This document shows positions 1 through 10,265 of a stretch of DNA of 64,000 nucleotides, piece by piece (positions within the stretch are counted from its first letter, which is position 1; each line of letters starts with the position of its first letter). This DNA comes from an uncultured Bacteroidota bacterium (GTDB taxonomy: Bacteria > Bacteroidota > Bacteroidia > Chitinophagales > Chitinophagaceae). The DNA lies in the NCBI GenBank assembly GCA_903929425.1, contig CAIYUO010000110.1, forward strand, positions 12,845 to 76,844, given 5' to 3'. The translations under genes were made by a program, and so were the position numbers. Below the pieces are notes generated by a model. It was given only the letters and a program-made list of their open reading frames with translations, made no database searches and was not told the origin of the DNA.

Positions 1-2006
1 GCGAGGGTGCTCATACATTGCATCGCCAAAACGTAAAATATCATTAGGGATAATGCTGCTGCTAAACTATATACGGGTGTGCCATCAGGTCGTTTCGCCG
101 CCCTCAATTTATCGGTTAAGGAACTATTATCCGAAGCTTCCACACTATATAAGGTAGCCATCGTGCCCACAAAAACTTCGCGCGCAGCAAAGGAGGTAAC
201 AATTGCAATACCCATTTTCCAGTCAAAACCTAATGGAGCAATGATGGGCTCAATTGATTTTCCTAATATTCCAGCGTATGAATTTTCTAACTTCTGCGTA
301 AGATAATTTTTTTCTAATTGGTCAATTTGTTCAGGTTGTGCTGATTGCATTTGAACAGTATGTGCCTGTTCAATTTGTTTCATTTGTTCGCCAGGTCCGT
401 AGCTACTTAAAAACCAAAGTAAAATACTTATTACCATAATTACCTTTCCTGCATCACGAACAAATATTTGTGCCTTTTGAACCATGGTAACACCTACATT
501 TTTCCAACGCGGTGCTCTATAAACGGGTAACTCTAAAATGAAATAACTTTTCTCTTTGATTTTAATAAACCATTTTAATACCATGCTGGCGAGTAATGCC
601 ATCACAATACCTAATAAGTATAAGCCCATCATCACTAAGCCTTGCAAACTTAAAAAACCAAAATATATTTTGTTATCAATTACGAGGGAAATTAAAATGG
701 TGTAAACAGGAAGTCTTGCACTACAACTCATAAAAGGCGTAACCATAATAGTCAATAACCTTTCTTTTTTATTTTCAATATTTCTTGCACTCATGATGGC
801 AGGCACAGCGCAAGCAAATCCACTAATCATGGGCATCACACTCTTTCCATTCAAACCCACTTTACGCATAAGCTTATCACTTAAAAAACTAATACGCGCC
901 ATATAACCTGTGTCCTCTAATAAAGTAATGAGGCCAAACAAAATCATGATTTGCGGGATGAAAACAAATATGCCACCAAGGCCTGCAATGATTCCATTCA
1001 CCAATAAGTCCTCCCACCAAGCATTTGGTAAAATAGTATTTAAGTAAGTGGTGAGGTTGGTGAATATCCATTCAATGCCATCCATTGGATATTTTGCCAT
1101 CCAAAAAACCGACTGAAATAACACAAACAATACAAAAAATAATATAGCATATCCTCCCACACGGTGTAAGAATATATTATCTAAAACATCTGATCTTTTT
1201 TTCTTAGCTGCAGGGTCGGGTTCTACAACTCTGTTTTTCATAATCTCTTGAATATGACCGTAGCGCTGTAATATTTCCTGCGCCTGTGTTTTAGTATGAT
1301 TGAAATGATTGTCTATTTCAATTTGCTCAATCCTTTCATGCATTTCATTTTCTAAAGGAAATGCTTTATGATGCATTAAGTAATGCAGTGCAGCATAGTC
1401 ACTAGTTGTAGGAAATAAAGTTTTAAAAGCATTAATTGCACCAGGTGCTAAATTTTTATTGTCAATAAAGCTTTCCTGATTTTTTGAACGAGGCGTTTCA
1501 ATAATTCCAATCAATGCATTTTTTAATTCATTCAATCCTTTGCCTTTTCTCGCATCAATGGCTACTACTGGAATGCCTAAATCAGCTTGTAATCCTGCTA
1601 TGTCAATTTTAATTCCTTTTTTAGCAGCTAAGTCATTCATGGTTAACGCTAAAACCACTGGCTTTTTTAAATCTATAATTTGACTACAAAAAAGTAAATT
1701 TCTTTTGAGGTTACTTGCATCTGCTATTAATAAAATAACATCAGTATGCATGTCTAAGTCAACTCCCATGAGTACTTTATAAGCAACCCATTCATCCTCA
1801 CGTTTTGGATAAAAACTATAGGTACCCGGTAAGTCAATTAAGGTTGCTGGTCGGTTACCCAAATTTAAATCCCCCGTTTTTTTATCGACCGTCACACCCG
1901 GGAAGTTGCCCACTTTTTGATTCAAGCCGGTTAAAGCATTAAAAAGTGAACTTTTTCCGCAGTTGGGATTCCCAACTAAAGCAATATGAATACCTGCTTT
2001 TAACAT
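1..2006 (-). CDS. feoB: Ferrous iron transport protein B (runs off the left edge; not in ORF track)
   Basis: Reverse strand from ATG at 2006 reads MLKAGIHIALVGNPNCGKSSLFNALTGLNQKVGNFPGVTVDKK... with DLPGTYS and NMNDLA G-motifs, then membrane gate motifs (GFACAVPAIM, PFMSCSARLPVY); open to base 1. Confidence 0.95.
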   Translation of the reverse strand, partial: MLKAGIHIALVGNPNCGKSSLFNALTGLNQKVGNFPGVTVDKKTGDLNLGNRPATLIDLPGTYSFYPKREDEWVAYKVLMGVDLDMHTDVILLIADASNLKRNLLFCSQIIDLKKPVVLALTMNDLAAKKGIKIDIAGLQADLGIPVVAIDARKGKGLNELKNALIGIIETPRSKNQESFIDNKNLAPGAINAFKTLFPTTSDYAALHYLMHHKAFPLENEMHERIEQIEIDNHFNHTKTQAQEILQRYGHIQEIMKNRVVEPDPAAKKKRSDVLDNIFLHRVGGYAILFFVLFVLFQSVFWMAKYPMDGIEWIFTNLTTYLNTILPNAWWEDLLVNGIIAGLGGIFVFIPQIMILFGLITLLEDTGYMARISFLSDKLMRKVGLNGKSVMPMISGFACAVPAIMSARNIENKKERLLTIMVTPFMSCSARLPVYTILISLVIDNKIYFGFLSLQGLVMMGLYLLGIVMALLASMVLKWFIKIKEKSYFILELPVYRAPRWKNVGVTMVQKAQIFVRDAGKVIMVISILLWFLSSYGPGEQMKQIEQAHTVQMQSAQPEQIDQLEKNYLTQKLENSYAGILGKSIEPIIAPLGFDWKMGIAIVTSFAAREVFVGTMATLYSVEASDNSSLTDKLRAAKRPDGTPVYSLAAALSLMIFYVLAMQCMSTL

Positions 2007-2010
2007 GCGG

Positions 2011-2018
2011 CAAAGCTA
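2011..2018 (-). promoter_or_regulatory. Bacteroidota -7 promoter element TAGCTTTG, 4 nt before the feoB ATG
   Basis: Matches TAnnTTTG consensus. Confidence 0.6.
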
Positions 2019-2198
2019 TGTTTTATGATTGGCGATTGCTTACGAAATTAGAAATTGACCTAAATGAACAAGATTCGTGATATTAGTCATTTATATACTC
2101 CTGGCTTTACTTATTTTTGCTGCACTTAATAGAATATATTTAAGTAAAATAGTTTCATTGATACTTTATAATATTTAATCAAAATTCATAAAAGTTGA

Positions 2199-2645
2199 AT
2201 GATGAGTGCAAAATTAATTTTAAATCAGGACGAAATTAATGAAAGTGATTTTGAAGGAACAAGAATCCTTGGCATTACTGCACCCATAAAAAATTATCAA
2301 TTTTGTATTTTATTAAATCAATATATGGGTTTTGAGTTTCGTTTTAATCCTGATCACGAGATTGCATTGAAAAGAAAAAGTAGAACCTACTACTTTTCAA
2401 TGTATGAAGCCAACGAGCCCAATACCACCTTCCAACATTTTGTTTACCATAATCAATATGATGGCGAATACCTATTGCCTGAATTAAAGCATATGGATTT
2501 TATATGGTGGATTAAAGGCGACTGGATTGAGGATGAAAAAATAAAAGAAGTATCACACACCATTCGAAATATAAAAGGCGTACAGCTAGTCGTAGAGCTT
2601 ACTCCAGAGCATATTAAAAATAAGGGCAACCTCATTTTTGAATAA
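2199..2645 (+). CDS. IPExxxVDY-family protein, function unknown
   Basis: LLPELKHMDFIW motif, N-terminal L-L-G-I segment and about 148 aa length fit this Bacteroidota family. Confidence 0.75.
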   Translation: MMSAKLILNQDEINESDFEGTRILGITAPIKNYQFCILLNQYMGFEFRFNPDHEIALKRKSRTYYFSMYEANEPNTTFQHFVYHNQYDGEYLLPELKHMDFIWWIKGDWIEDEKIKEVSHTIRNIKGVQLVVELTPEHIKNKGNLIFE

Positions 2646-2749
2646 ATTTAAAAGGGATTCTTAAATTTTAATTTAACGAGGTATTCATAAATGCTGAATT
2701 TATTACAGTATTATATTATCAAAACCCCACAGCTTAATTTACAAAAGTA

Positions 2750-3802
2750 TTAAGCGTTAATCACTATTTTTTTATCGGATGCTGCGTCGCAAACACCTAT
2801 CGGTTCAGTATAATTTATTCCTGCCGCTTTTAATATATTTTGTACTTCCATTAACGATGATGGATCCACTGCGATTAATAAGCCACCATTGGTTTGTGGG
2901 TCAGGTAAAAGCAAGCTCGCTTCTTTTTCATCAATGTTTTTATCCAATTCAATTCCTTCATGGGTGGCGCTCCAATTTCGAGCAGTGGCTCCTGGTATTG
3001 CTTTTTGAGCAATATAATGTCGAACTTCAGGAATAATAGGAATTTTTGAGTAGCTTAATTTTGCGGTTAAGCCACTGCCTTGCATCATTTCCGTTAAGTG
3101 ACCTGCTAAACCAAATCCTGTAACATCGGTCATCGCATGCACCCCTGAAATTTTTCCTAATGCTTCACCAACTTTATTAATGGTCGTTAATTGTTTTACG
3201 AGTAATGCTAAATCTGGCTCCGATAACAATCCTCTTTTTTGAGAGGTTGCCAAAATGCCTACCCCTAATGGTTTAGTTAATAATAAAAGGTCACCTTGTT
3301 TTGCAGTATCGTTTCTTTTTAAATTTTCTATTGCCACTAATCCATTTACAACCAATCCAAAAATAGGATCTTGGCTGTCAATGCTATGACCACCAGCAAT
3401 TACAATACCTGCGTCAGTACAGGTTTTACGCGCTCCTTCCATTACTTGTGCTGCAACACTTGCAGGTAGGGTAGCTAATGGCCAACCTAACACCGCTAAA
3501 GCAAAAATAGGTTTGCCCCCCATAGCATACACATCACTGATTGCATTGGCTGCAGCGATTTGTCCAAAAGCAAATGCATCATCAACTATCGGCATAAAAA
3601 AATCGGTCGTACTAATCATTGCTGTCTTTTCATCTAACTGATAAACTGCTGCATCGTCTCTACTATCATTACCTACTAATAATTGTGGTATATTATTTTT
3701 TGCACCAACATTGTGTGCAGCTAATATTTCTGAAAGTACAGCTGGTGATATTTTACAACCACATCCTCCTCCTTTACTATGTTGTGTTAATTTGATTTCC
3801 AT
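2750..3802 (-). CDS. selD: Selenide,water dikinase (selenophosphate synthetase), Cys-type
   Basis: GGGCGCK, DDAAVY, TTDFFMPIVDD, AANAISDVYAMGG, DVTGFGL and DPQTNGGLL motifs; start moved to ATG 3802 (MEIKLTQ). Confidence 0.95.
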   Translation of the reverse strand: MEIKLTQHSKGGGCGCKISPAVLSEILAAHNVGAKNNIPQLLVGNDSRDDAAVYQLDEKTAMISTTDFFMPIVDDAFAFGQIAAANAISDVYAMGGKPIFALAVLGWPLATLPASVAAQVMEGARKTCTDAGIVIAGGHSIDSQDPIFGLVVNGLVAIENLKRNDTAKQGDLLLLTKPLGVGILATSQKRGLLSEPDLALLVKQLTTINKVGEALGKISGVHAMTDVTGFGLAGHLTEMMQGSGLTAKLSYSKIPIIPEVRHYIAQKAIPGATARNWSATHEGIELDKNIDEKEASLLLPDPQTNGGLLIAVDPSSLMEVQNILKAAGINYTEPIGVCDAASDKKIVINA

Positions 3803-4428
3803 AATGGTTTCATTTTTTCTATTGTTTCTGCATCTCCTTCTTTCAACCAATCATTTATGCTTTTTGTTAATGCTTCACTTAATTCGGTTTGCAATCTACC
3901 AATTTCCCACTGTTTTCCTGTTATTTGACAAAGGGATACAGGTTGGCCATTTGCAATATTAAACGTTGTCTGGTTAATATTAAATCCAATTCCAATCACC
4001 GACCAGGTCCACTCTGCACCACGAAGGGTATTTTCAATTAGAATTCCTCCTGCCTTTCTGTCACGCCAATAAATATCGTTGGGTAATTTTATAAGCGTTT
4101 CCTCTCCCGCATGGGTCTGAAAAAAGGTTTTTGCCCCTATGGCTACTGCTGCAGATAGTCCTTTTTGGTCATCCGGACTCCAATTTTTTGTCGGATTCAA
4201 GCTTTTTAACTCCAAAACATAGCTACAAAGTAAATTTTGGCCATGTTCGCTATCCCAAACCCTTCCATGTTGGCCCTTTCCTAGTGTTTGAAAATCAGCA
4301 CGGTAGCAACTGCCAGATACGGCCATTCGCTCATGTACTTGGCTTATGGCATAAATATTGGTACTATCTATGGAAGACAGTTCTATGAGCGGCTCGCCTA
4401 ATGTGATAATTGGTGTGGCAGGTGACAA
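3787..4428 (-). CDS. birA: Biotin--[acetyl-CoA carboxylase] ligase, catalytic domain only
   Basis: IDSTN, QTLGKGQHGRVW, KLPNDIY, RKAGGILIE, IGIGFNINQ motifs; TTG start. Confidence 0.9.
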   Translation of the reverse strand: MSPATPIITLGEPLIELSSIDSTNIYAISQVHERMAVSGSCYRADFQTLGKGQHGRVWDSEHGQNLLCSYVLELKSLNPTKNWSPDDQKGLSAAVAIGAKTFFQTHAGEETLIKLPNDIYWRDRKAGGILIENTLRGAEWTWSVIGIGFNINQTTFNIANGQPVSLCQITGKQWEIGRLQTELSEALTKSINDWLKEGDAETIEKMKPLWKSN

Positions 4429-4533
4429 AGAATTGTTATTTTTGTAAAGTTAGTTAGTTTCGATTGTGTCTCATAAATTGATTCATAAAAACAAATAAAC
4501 TTCCAAAGCATTAACAAATAAAAAAAAATATAA

Positions 4534-4935
4534 TTGGAACCATTATCCGCTTTAAAAGAACGAAAAAAATCGCCAACCCAACTGACTCGTAGCAGTAAAA
4601 TATTCAAAACCATTATTGCTGCTATTCAGGATAAAAAAGGGGAGAACATCATTAGCTTAGATCTTAAAAAAATTCACGAAGCAGCAGCTGATTTCTTTAT
4701 TATCTGCGAAGCAAATAATACTACTCAATTAAAAGCAATCGCTGATAATATTGAATATGAAGTAAAGCATAAATGTGGTGAATATCCTTACAAAAGTGAA
4801 GGTAAGTCAACTGCTCAATGGTTATTAATTGACTATATTAACGTAGTAGTTCATATCATGCATCCTGAATCCAGAAAATTTTATCAATTGGAGGAAATGT
4901 GGAATGATGCTGACACTAAAATGCACGATTTATAA
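4534..4935 (+). CDS. rsfS: Ribosome silencing factor RsfS
   Basis: IQDKKGENI, DFFIIC, WLLIDYINVVVH, RKFYQLEEMW. Confidence 0.92.
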   Translation: MEPLSALKERKKSPTQLTRSSKIFKTIIAAIQDKKGENIISLDLKKIHEAAADFFIICEANNTTQLKAIADNIEYEVKHKCGEYPYKSEGKSTAQWLLIDYINVVVHIMHPESRKFYQLEEMWNDADTKMHDL

Positions 4936-4988
4936 ACTTATTTCGAAGACCGTTGTTATTCATATAACAAAAGCCATAACTATTACAA

Positions 4989-7037
4989 ATGATACCTGAT
5001 AAAAAACCAAAATTACCAAAATTCAATATTTATTGGATTTATGGTATCCTGTTTTCAATATTATTATACGCTACCTTTTTTTCAAAAATGGCGCCTGATG
5101 TAAATGTCATTTCACATAATGAATTTGCTAAGTTGATGGCAAGCGGTGACGTTGAAAAATACGTAAAAGTTGAAAATAAAAAAGTTGTTCGTATTTATAT
5201 AAAAGCAGATAGTCTTCAAAAAGAATACTATGTTCAAAAATTTAAAACGAAACTAAATAAGGAAAAAATCAAAGGCAATTATTTATTTGAATATAAGGTG
5301 GATGATTGGTCCTCTTTCAATAAAGAAGTAGAAACGATTTACACAAAATATGCAATCACTAATATTCCAGATAGTAGTTCAGATACCGAAAACGATTGGT
5401 TTGGACCGATTGCTAATACCATTTTTTCATTGGTATTGATTGTGGTGGTTTGGGTTTTACTTATGCGTAAAATGGGCGGTGGTGGAGGCTCTGGTGGTGG
5501 CCCAGGTGGCATATTTAATGTAGGAAAGTCAAAAGCTACTTTGTTTGAAAAAGGGGGCACTAAAGTAAATATCACTTTTGCTGATGTTGCTGGATTAGAG
5601 GAAGCTAAAGAAGAAGTAATGGAAATTGTTGACTTCTTAAAAAATCCCAAAAAGTACACTGCCTTAGGCGGTAAAATTCCTAAAGGGGCACTTTTAATTG
5701 GACCTCCAGGTACAGGTAAAACTTTATTAGCAAAAGCAATGGCTGGCGAAGCACAGGTTCCTTTTTTTAGTTTAAGTGGATCTGACTTTGTTGAAATGTT
5801 TGTGGGTGTGGGAGCTAGTAGAGTACGTGATTTATTTAAGCAAGCAAGAGAAAAAGCACCGTGTATAATTTTCATAGATGAGATTGATGCGATTGGTCGT
5901 GCACGTGGCAAAAATGCAATGATGAGTAACGATGAGCGTGAAAATACATTGAACCAATTATTGGTTGAAATGGATGGATTTGGTGGCGATACCGGTATTA
6001 TTATTTTAGCTGCAACCAACCGTCCCGATGTATTGGATAGTGCTTTATTAAGACCAGGTCGTTTTGATCGTCAAATTTCAATTGATCGTCCTGATGTAAA
6101 AGGACGTGAAGAAATTTTTAAAGTGCATTTAGGACCTATTAAGGTTTCCGAAAATTTAGATGTTCATAAATTAGCTGAGCAAACACCAGGTTTTGCTGGT
6201 GCCGATATTGCCAATGTTTGTAACGAAGCAGCTTTAATTGCTGCACGTAAAGGAAAGACGGGTGTTGAGATGATTGATTTCCAAGACGCTATTGATAGAG
6301 TGATTGGCGGGTTGGAAAAGAAAAATAAAATTATCTCAAAAAATGAAAAAGAAGTGATTGCTTACCACGAAGCGGGTCACGCTATATGTGGATGGTTTTT
6401 AGAGCATGCTTACCCTTTATTAAAAGTAACCATTGTGCCAAGAGGTACAGCTGCATTGGGTTATGCGCAGTATACACCAAAGGAGCAATACTTGTATACC
6501 ATTGAACAGCTAACCGATCAAATGTGTATGACATTGGGTGGTAGAGCAGCAGAACAAATTTTCTTTGGTAAAATTTCAACAGGGGCGAGCAATGACTTAC
6601 AACAAATTTCTAAGATGGCTTATTCAATGGTAACCACTTATGGAATGAATGATAAAATTGGTAACGTAAGTTTTTATGATCCATCTCAAGAAAATACTTT
6701 CCAAAAACCATTCAGTGAGGAAACAGGAAAAATTATTGATGAAGAAGTTAGAAAAATGATTGCCGAAGCTTATCAAAGAACCTTGGCTTTATTGACTGAT
6801 AAAAAAGAACAAGTTGAAAAATTAGCAAAAGCATTATTGGACAAAGAAGTGTTACATAAAAGTGATGTGGAAGAATTGGTTGGTAAGCGACCATTTGAGG
6901 AAGAAAAAGTGTTAGTGGCTTTTGATGAGAGTAATACTGAGCGAGCTACACCTTCAAATGACGTGAAGCTTGACGATACCATTGATCATGCAAATGCAAC
7001 CATTAGTGCTGCAGATGCATCTGAAAATAATGAATAA
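4989..7037 (+). CDS. ftsH: ATP-dependent zinc metalloprotease FtsH
   Basis: Two N-terminal TM helices, Walker A GPPGTGKT, Walker [26 protein letters not shown] zinc motif. Confidence 0.98.
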   Translation: MIPDKKPKLPKFNIYWIYGILFSILLYATFFSKMAPDVNVISHNEFAKLMASGDVEKYVKVENKKVVRIYIKADSLQKEYYVQKFKTKLNKEKIKGNYLFEYKVDDWSSFNKEVETIYTKYAITNIPDSSSDTENDWFGPIANTIFSLVLIVVVWVLLMRKMGGGGGSGGGPGGIFNVGKSKATLFEKGGTKVNITFADVAGLEEAKEEVMEIVDFLKNPKKYTALGGKIPKGALLIGPPGTGKTLLAKAMAGEAQVPFFSLSGSDFVEMFVGVGASRVRDLFKQAREKAPCIIFIDEIDAIGRARGKNAMMSNDERENTLNQLLVEMDGFGGDTGIIILAATNRPDVLDSALLRPGRFDRQISIDRPDVKGREEIFKVHLGPIKVSENLDVHKLAEQTPGFAGADIANVCNEAALIAARKGKTGVEMIDFQDAIDRVIGGLEKKNKIISKNEKEVIAYHEAGHAICGWFLEHAYPLLKVTIVPRGTAALGYAQYTPKEQYLYTIEQLTDQMCMTLGGRAAEQIFFGKISTGASNDLQQISKMAYSMVTTYGMNDKIGNVSFYDPSQENTFQKPFSEETGKIIDEEVRKMIAEAYQRTLALLTDKKEQVEKLAKALLDKEVLHKSDVEELVGKRPFEEEKVLVAFDESNTERATPSNDVKLDDTIDHANATISAADASENNE

Positions 7038-7045
7038 TAAAAGTA

Positions 7046-7687
7046 ATGGAATCACAGGGAGCAAGAAATAAAATTTTAAAAAAAATTAAGCAGGCGCTTG
7101 AAGCGCCTGTGCCCCTTCCATTCCCCAATCAATTAGCGGATACGCCTATTTTTATTCCTACAGAAAAGGAATTAGCTATAGGTTTTGCCGAAAAATTCAC
7201 TTCCTTATTAGGCAAATTTGTGTATTGTGCTGATGAAAAAGAATTAGTTCAACAGTTATCAGCTTTAATAGAAGCTAAACAGTGGCATAAAATTTATTCA
7301 CTTGAAACAGGGTGGTTGGATAATATGCGCACACATGATTTTAATCCTGTGACTACATCTGATTTAGAAAGTTGTGATGCCTCCATTACATTATGCGAAA
7401 GCTTAGTTGCTCGAACAGGAACCATCGTTTTAAGTAGTCAACAATTAAGTGGTCGAACAGCAAGCGTTTACGCTCCTATACATATTTGTATCGCCTATAC
7501 CCATCAGTTGGTTTTTGATATATCGGATAGTTTAAATCGGTTTACGTCTCAATCCGGTTCGATACCTTCTATGATCAGTTTTGCAACGGGTCCGAGCCGA
7601 ACTGCTGATATTGAAAAAACTTTGGTAGTAGGGGTTCATGGTCCAAAGGAAGTGTATTGTTTTTTAGTTGATAAATTAGCGGACTAA
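7046..7687 (+). CDS. LUD-domain protein (LutC/YkgG family)
   Basis: C-terminal ISFATGPSRTADIEKTLVVGVHGP signature. Confidence 0.9.
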   Translation: MESQGARNKILKKIKQALEAPVPLPFPNQLADTPIFIPTEKELAIGFAEKFTSLLGKFVYCADEKELVQQLSALIEAKQWHKIYSLETGWLDNMRTHDFNPVTTSDLESCDASITLCESLVARTGTIVLSSQQLSGRTASVYAPIHICIAYTHQLVFDISDSLNRFTSQSGSIPSMISFATGPSRTADIEKTLVVGVHGPKEVYCFLVDKLAD

Positions 7688-7708
7688 TACCTTTAAAAAT
7701 TTACATTC

Positions 7709-8467
7709 ATGGAACTTACCCCAGGAAAAAAAATTTATTTCTTATCTGATTTCCATTTGGGGGCGCCTAATGCTGTTGAAAGCAGAAAGCGAGAAGAGCA
7801 CATTGTACAATTTTTAAAAAATGCCCAAAAAGATGCTGCAGCTATTTTTATAGTTGGCGATATTTTTGATTTTTGGTTTGAATATAAAACAGTAGTTCCC
7901 AAAGGATTTATTAGAATTTTAGGGTGCCTTGCTGAAATTAGTGATGCAGGCATTCCTTTACATATATTTACAGGTAATCATGATTTGTGGATGCAGGATT
8001 ATTTGACATCCGAGTTAAATGCTAAAGTATATTTTGAACCACAATTATTTACATTAGGTAATAAACAATTTTACATTGGACATGGCGACGGCTTAGGCCC
8101 TGGAGATTATGGTTACAAGCGTTTGAAAAAAGTATTTGCCAACCCGGTTTGCCAATGGCTTTTTCGATGGTTACATCCCGATGCAGGTATTCAATTAGCT
8201 AACTATTTTAGTGCAAAAAGTAGGGCTAAAACAGGCACCGCAGATGAAATATTTTTAGGAGAAGATAAAGAGTGGCTTATTATTTACGCAAAACAGATGG
8301 CTGAAAAAATGGATGTTGATTTTTTCATTTTCGGACATCGACATTTTGCCATTGATTATGTTATTAATGAAAAAACACGCTATATTAATTTAGGTGATTG
8401 GATTAAATTAAATACCTACGGGGTATTTGATGGCCATTCAATGCAATTATTAAAATGGGAATCATAA
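7709..8467 (+). CDS. lpxH: UDP-2,3-diacylglucosamine diphosphatase
   Basis: SDFHLG, GDIFDFW, GNHD, HGDG, GHRH, NLGDW metallophosphoesterase motifs. Confidence 0.88.
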   Translation: MELTPGKKIYFLSDFHLGAPNAVESRKREEHIVQFLKNAQKDAAAIFIVGDIFDFWFEYKTVVPKGFIRILGCLAEISDAGIPLHIFTGNHDLWMQDYLTSELNAKVYFEPQLFTLGNKQFYIGHGDGLGPGDYGYKRLKKVFANPVCQWLFRWLHPDAGIQLANYFSAKSRAKTGTADEIFLGEDKEWLIIYAKQMAEKMDVDFFIFGHRHFAIDYVINEKTRYINLGDWIKLNTYGVFDGHSMQLLKWES

Positions 8468-8482
8468 CATTCAAATTTTACA

Positions 8483-9544
8483 ATGAACCTTAACCAATAC
8501 ATTCTTTCCAATGCTATTAAAAGTTATTTAATTGTTTTTGGAATTTTATTATTTGCTTTTATGGTAAAAGGGGTGGTATCCCGCTTTTTCGCAAAGCTTA
8601 TATATACTTGGATTGACAAAAAAAATCATTCTGAACTTAGAAAGTCTCATGTTCACCGTTTGGTAGTGCCTATAGAAAGATTTTTACTTTTTGTAATTGC
8701 TATCATCGCTTTTTATGAATTACAATTTCCTGCATTATGGAGTATTCATATTTATAAATTCTCATTCCAACAGGGAATGGAATCACTTGTAAAGCTAGTG
8801 TTCATTATACTTTTAATTAGAGTTTGCTTAAGAACTTTGGAATTTGTTTCCATCGTACTTGAAGAGAAAGCAAGACTTTCAAAGGATCAAAACGACGATC
8901 AGTTAATTTTATTTTTCCGCGACTTTTTTAAAGTTATCTTATACATCATAGGGGTATTAATGATACTTCATTATGTATTTAATGAAAATATCGGAAACTT
9001 AGTTACCAGCTTAAGTATCGTGGGTGCAGCCATTGCTTTATCCATGAGAGAAAGTTTGGAAAATATCATTGCCTCCTTTATTATATTTTTCGATAAGCCC
9101 TTTACCGTAGGGGATTTAGTTAAAGTAAATAATTTTACAGGTACCATCGAAAAAATCGGGTTAAGAAGTACCAGAATTAGAACCGATAGCAAAACCTATA
9201 TTTCAGTTCCTAATAAACAAATGGTTGACTCCATTGTTGATAATATTAGCTTAAGAACAGATCGTAAAATTGAAATGGATTTGCAATTAAGTATACAAAC
9301 AGATGCAAAGGCACTGTTGGCTTTTGCCAATTTTTTAAGGGAGAAGACGGCGAGCATAAAAGATGTACACAATACAGCAATTTATGTTTCAGAGTCGGGA
9401 AAATTATTTCATGTCATACACCTAGAAGCCTTTGTACCAATGTATATTGAGCTTTCTCAATTTCAGTTGTTAAGAGAGGAGTTGAATTTGACTGCTATTA
9501 CTTATGCCAATGAAAACAATATTCAATTTGCTGATACCAAGTAA
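8483..9544 (+). CDS. Small-conductance mechanosensitive channel (MscS family)
   Basis: TM segments then DKPFTVGD, GTIEKIGLRSTRIRT, VPN. Confidence 0.92.
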   Translation: MNLNQYILSNAIKSYLIVFGILLFAFMVKGVVSRFFAKLIYTWIDKKNHSELRKSHVHRLVVPIERFLLFVIAIIAFYELQFPALWSIHIYKFSFQQGMESLVKLVFIILLIRVCLRTLEFVSIVLEEKARLSKDQNDDQLILFFRDFFKVILYIIGVLMILHYVFNENIGNLVTSLSIVGAAIALSMRESLENIIASFIIFFDKPFTVGDLVKVNNFTGTIEKIGLRSTRIRTDSKTYISVPNKQMVDSIVDNISLRTDRKIEMDLQLSIQTDAKALLAFANFLREKTASIKDVHNTAIYVSESGKLFHVIHLEAFVPMYIELSQFQLLREELNLTAITYANENNIQFADTK

Positions 9545-9553
9545 ATGTAATTA

Positions 9554-10180
9554 TTAAAGACTGCTTTTTAAGGAAACTAAAAAAGTTTTTAAATCCTTTA
9601 GGCTATTTAATAAAGCTAAATCCTTTTCGGCCTTTTGTTTGTTATTTTTCAAATAAGTTTTTGCGCCATCAATGGAGTATTTTTTTTCACGTAATAAATA
9701 ATAAATCTGTTTTAAAAATTCAATATCCTGTGCGCGAAACAATCTATCACCTTTTCTGGTTTTTCGAGGCTGTAATTGTTTAAATTCTTTTTCCCAGTAT
9801 CTTATGAGTGAAGTATTTACATTGAACCAAACTGCGACTTCGCCAATTGGGTAATATAATTTTTTGGCTAATTCGTCGGGCGATGGCACTTTTAACTTAT
9901 CCATATCACCTTCCATGGAAGCAAATGACTTTCTGCCACGTTTATGAATTGCATTGTCTTTTCCAAAATGCATAGCAGTTCTTGAAACTGTTGGAATGGT
10001 ATCATTTTGATGAATTGCAATTGAATCCTCGGCTAGTTCATTTAAGTATTTTTCTTGTTTGGCAGCAACAAGTTTAACTGACTTTTTAGCATTGATTTTC
10101 TCCCCTCTTGTTCTGTTGATATGAACAGGTTCGGTTTGAGGATTTCCAAATAAATCTAATTGTTGCAGTGCTTTAGCCAT
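9554..10180 (-). CDS. MerR-like HTH protein with about 105-aa N-terminal extension
   Basis: YYPIGEVAVWFNVNTSLIRYWEKEF...PRKTRKGDRLF winged-HTH; N-terminus MAKALQQLDLF. Confidence 0.85.
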   Translation of the reverse strand: MAKALQQLDLFGNPQTEPVHINRTRGEKINAKKSVKLVAAKQEKYLNELAEDSIAIHQNDTIPTVSRTAMHFGKDNAIHKRGRKSFASMEGDMDKLKVPSPDELAKKLYYPIGEVAVWFNVNTSLIRYWEKEFKQLQPRKTRKGDRLFRAQDIEFLKQIYYLLREKKYSIDGAKTYLKNNKQKAEKDLALLNSLKDLKTFLVSLKSSL

Positions 10181-10265
10181 AGTGTAAAGTTAGGGGACTA
10201 TGAATTACAACTATGCTTTGTAAATGATAGGTGGATAAATTGTTAAGTATGATGTAAATTTGTGC

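Noticed and set aside
2046-2066. Fur-like box upstream of feoB (TTAG-N8-CTAA)
   Set aside because: Weak, AT-rich match with uncertain spacing; cannot be supported without a lineage-specific matrix.
5474-5510. Gly-rich [12 protein letters not shown] stretch in FtsH
   Set aside because: The normal flexible linker after TM2 of FtsH.
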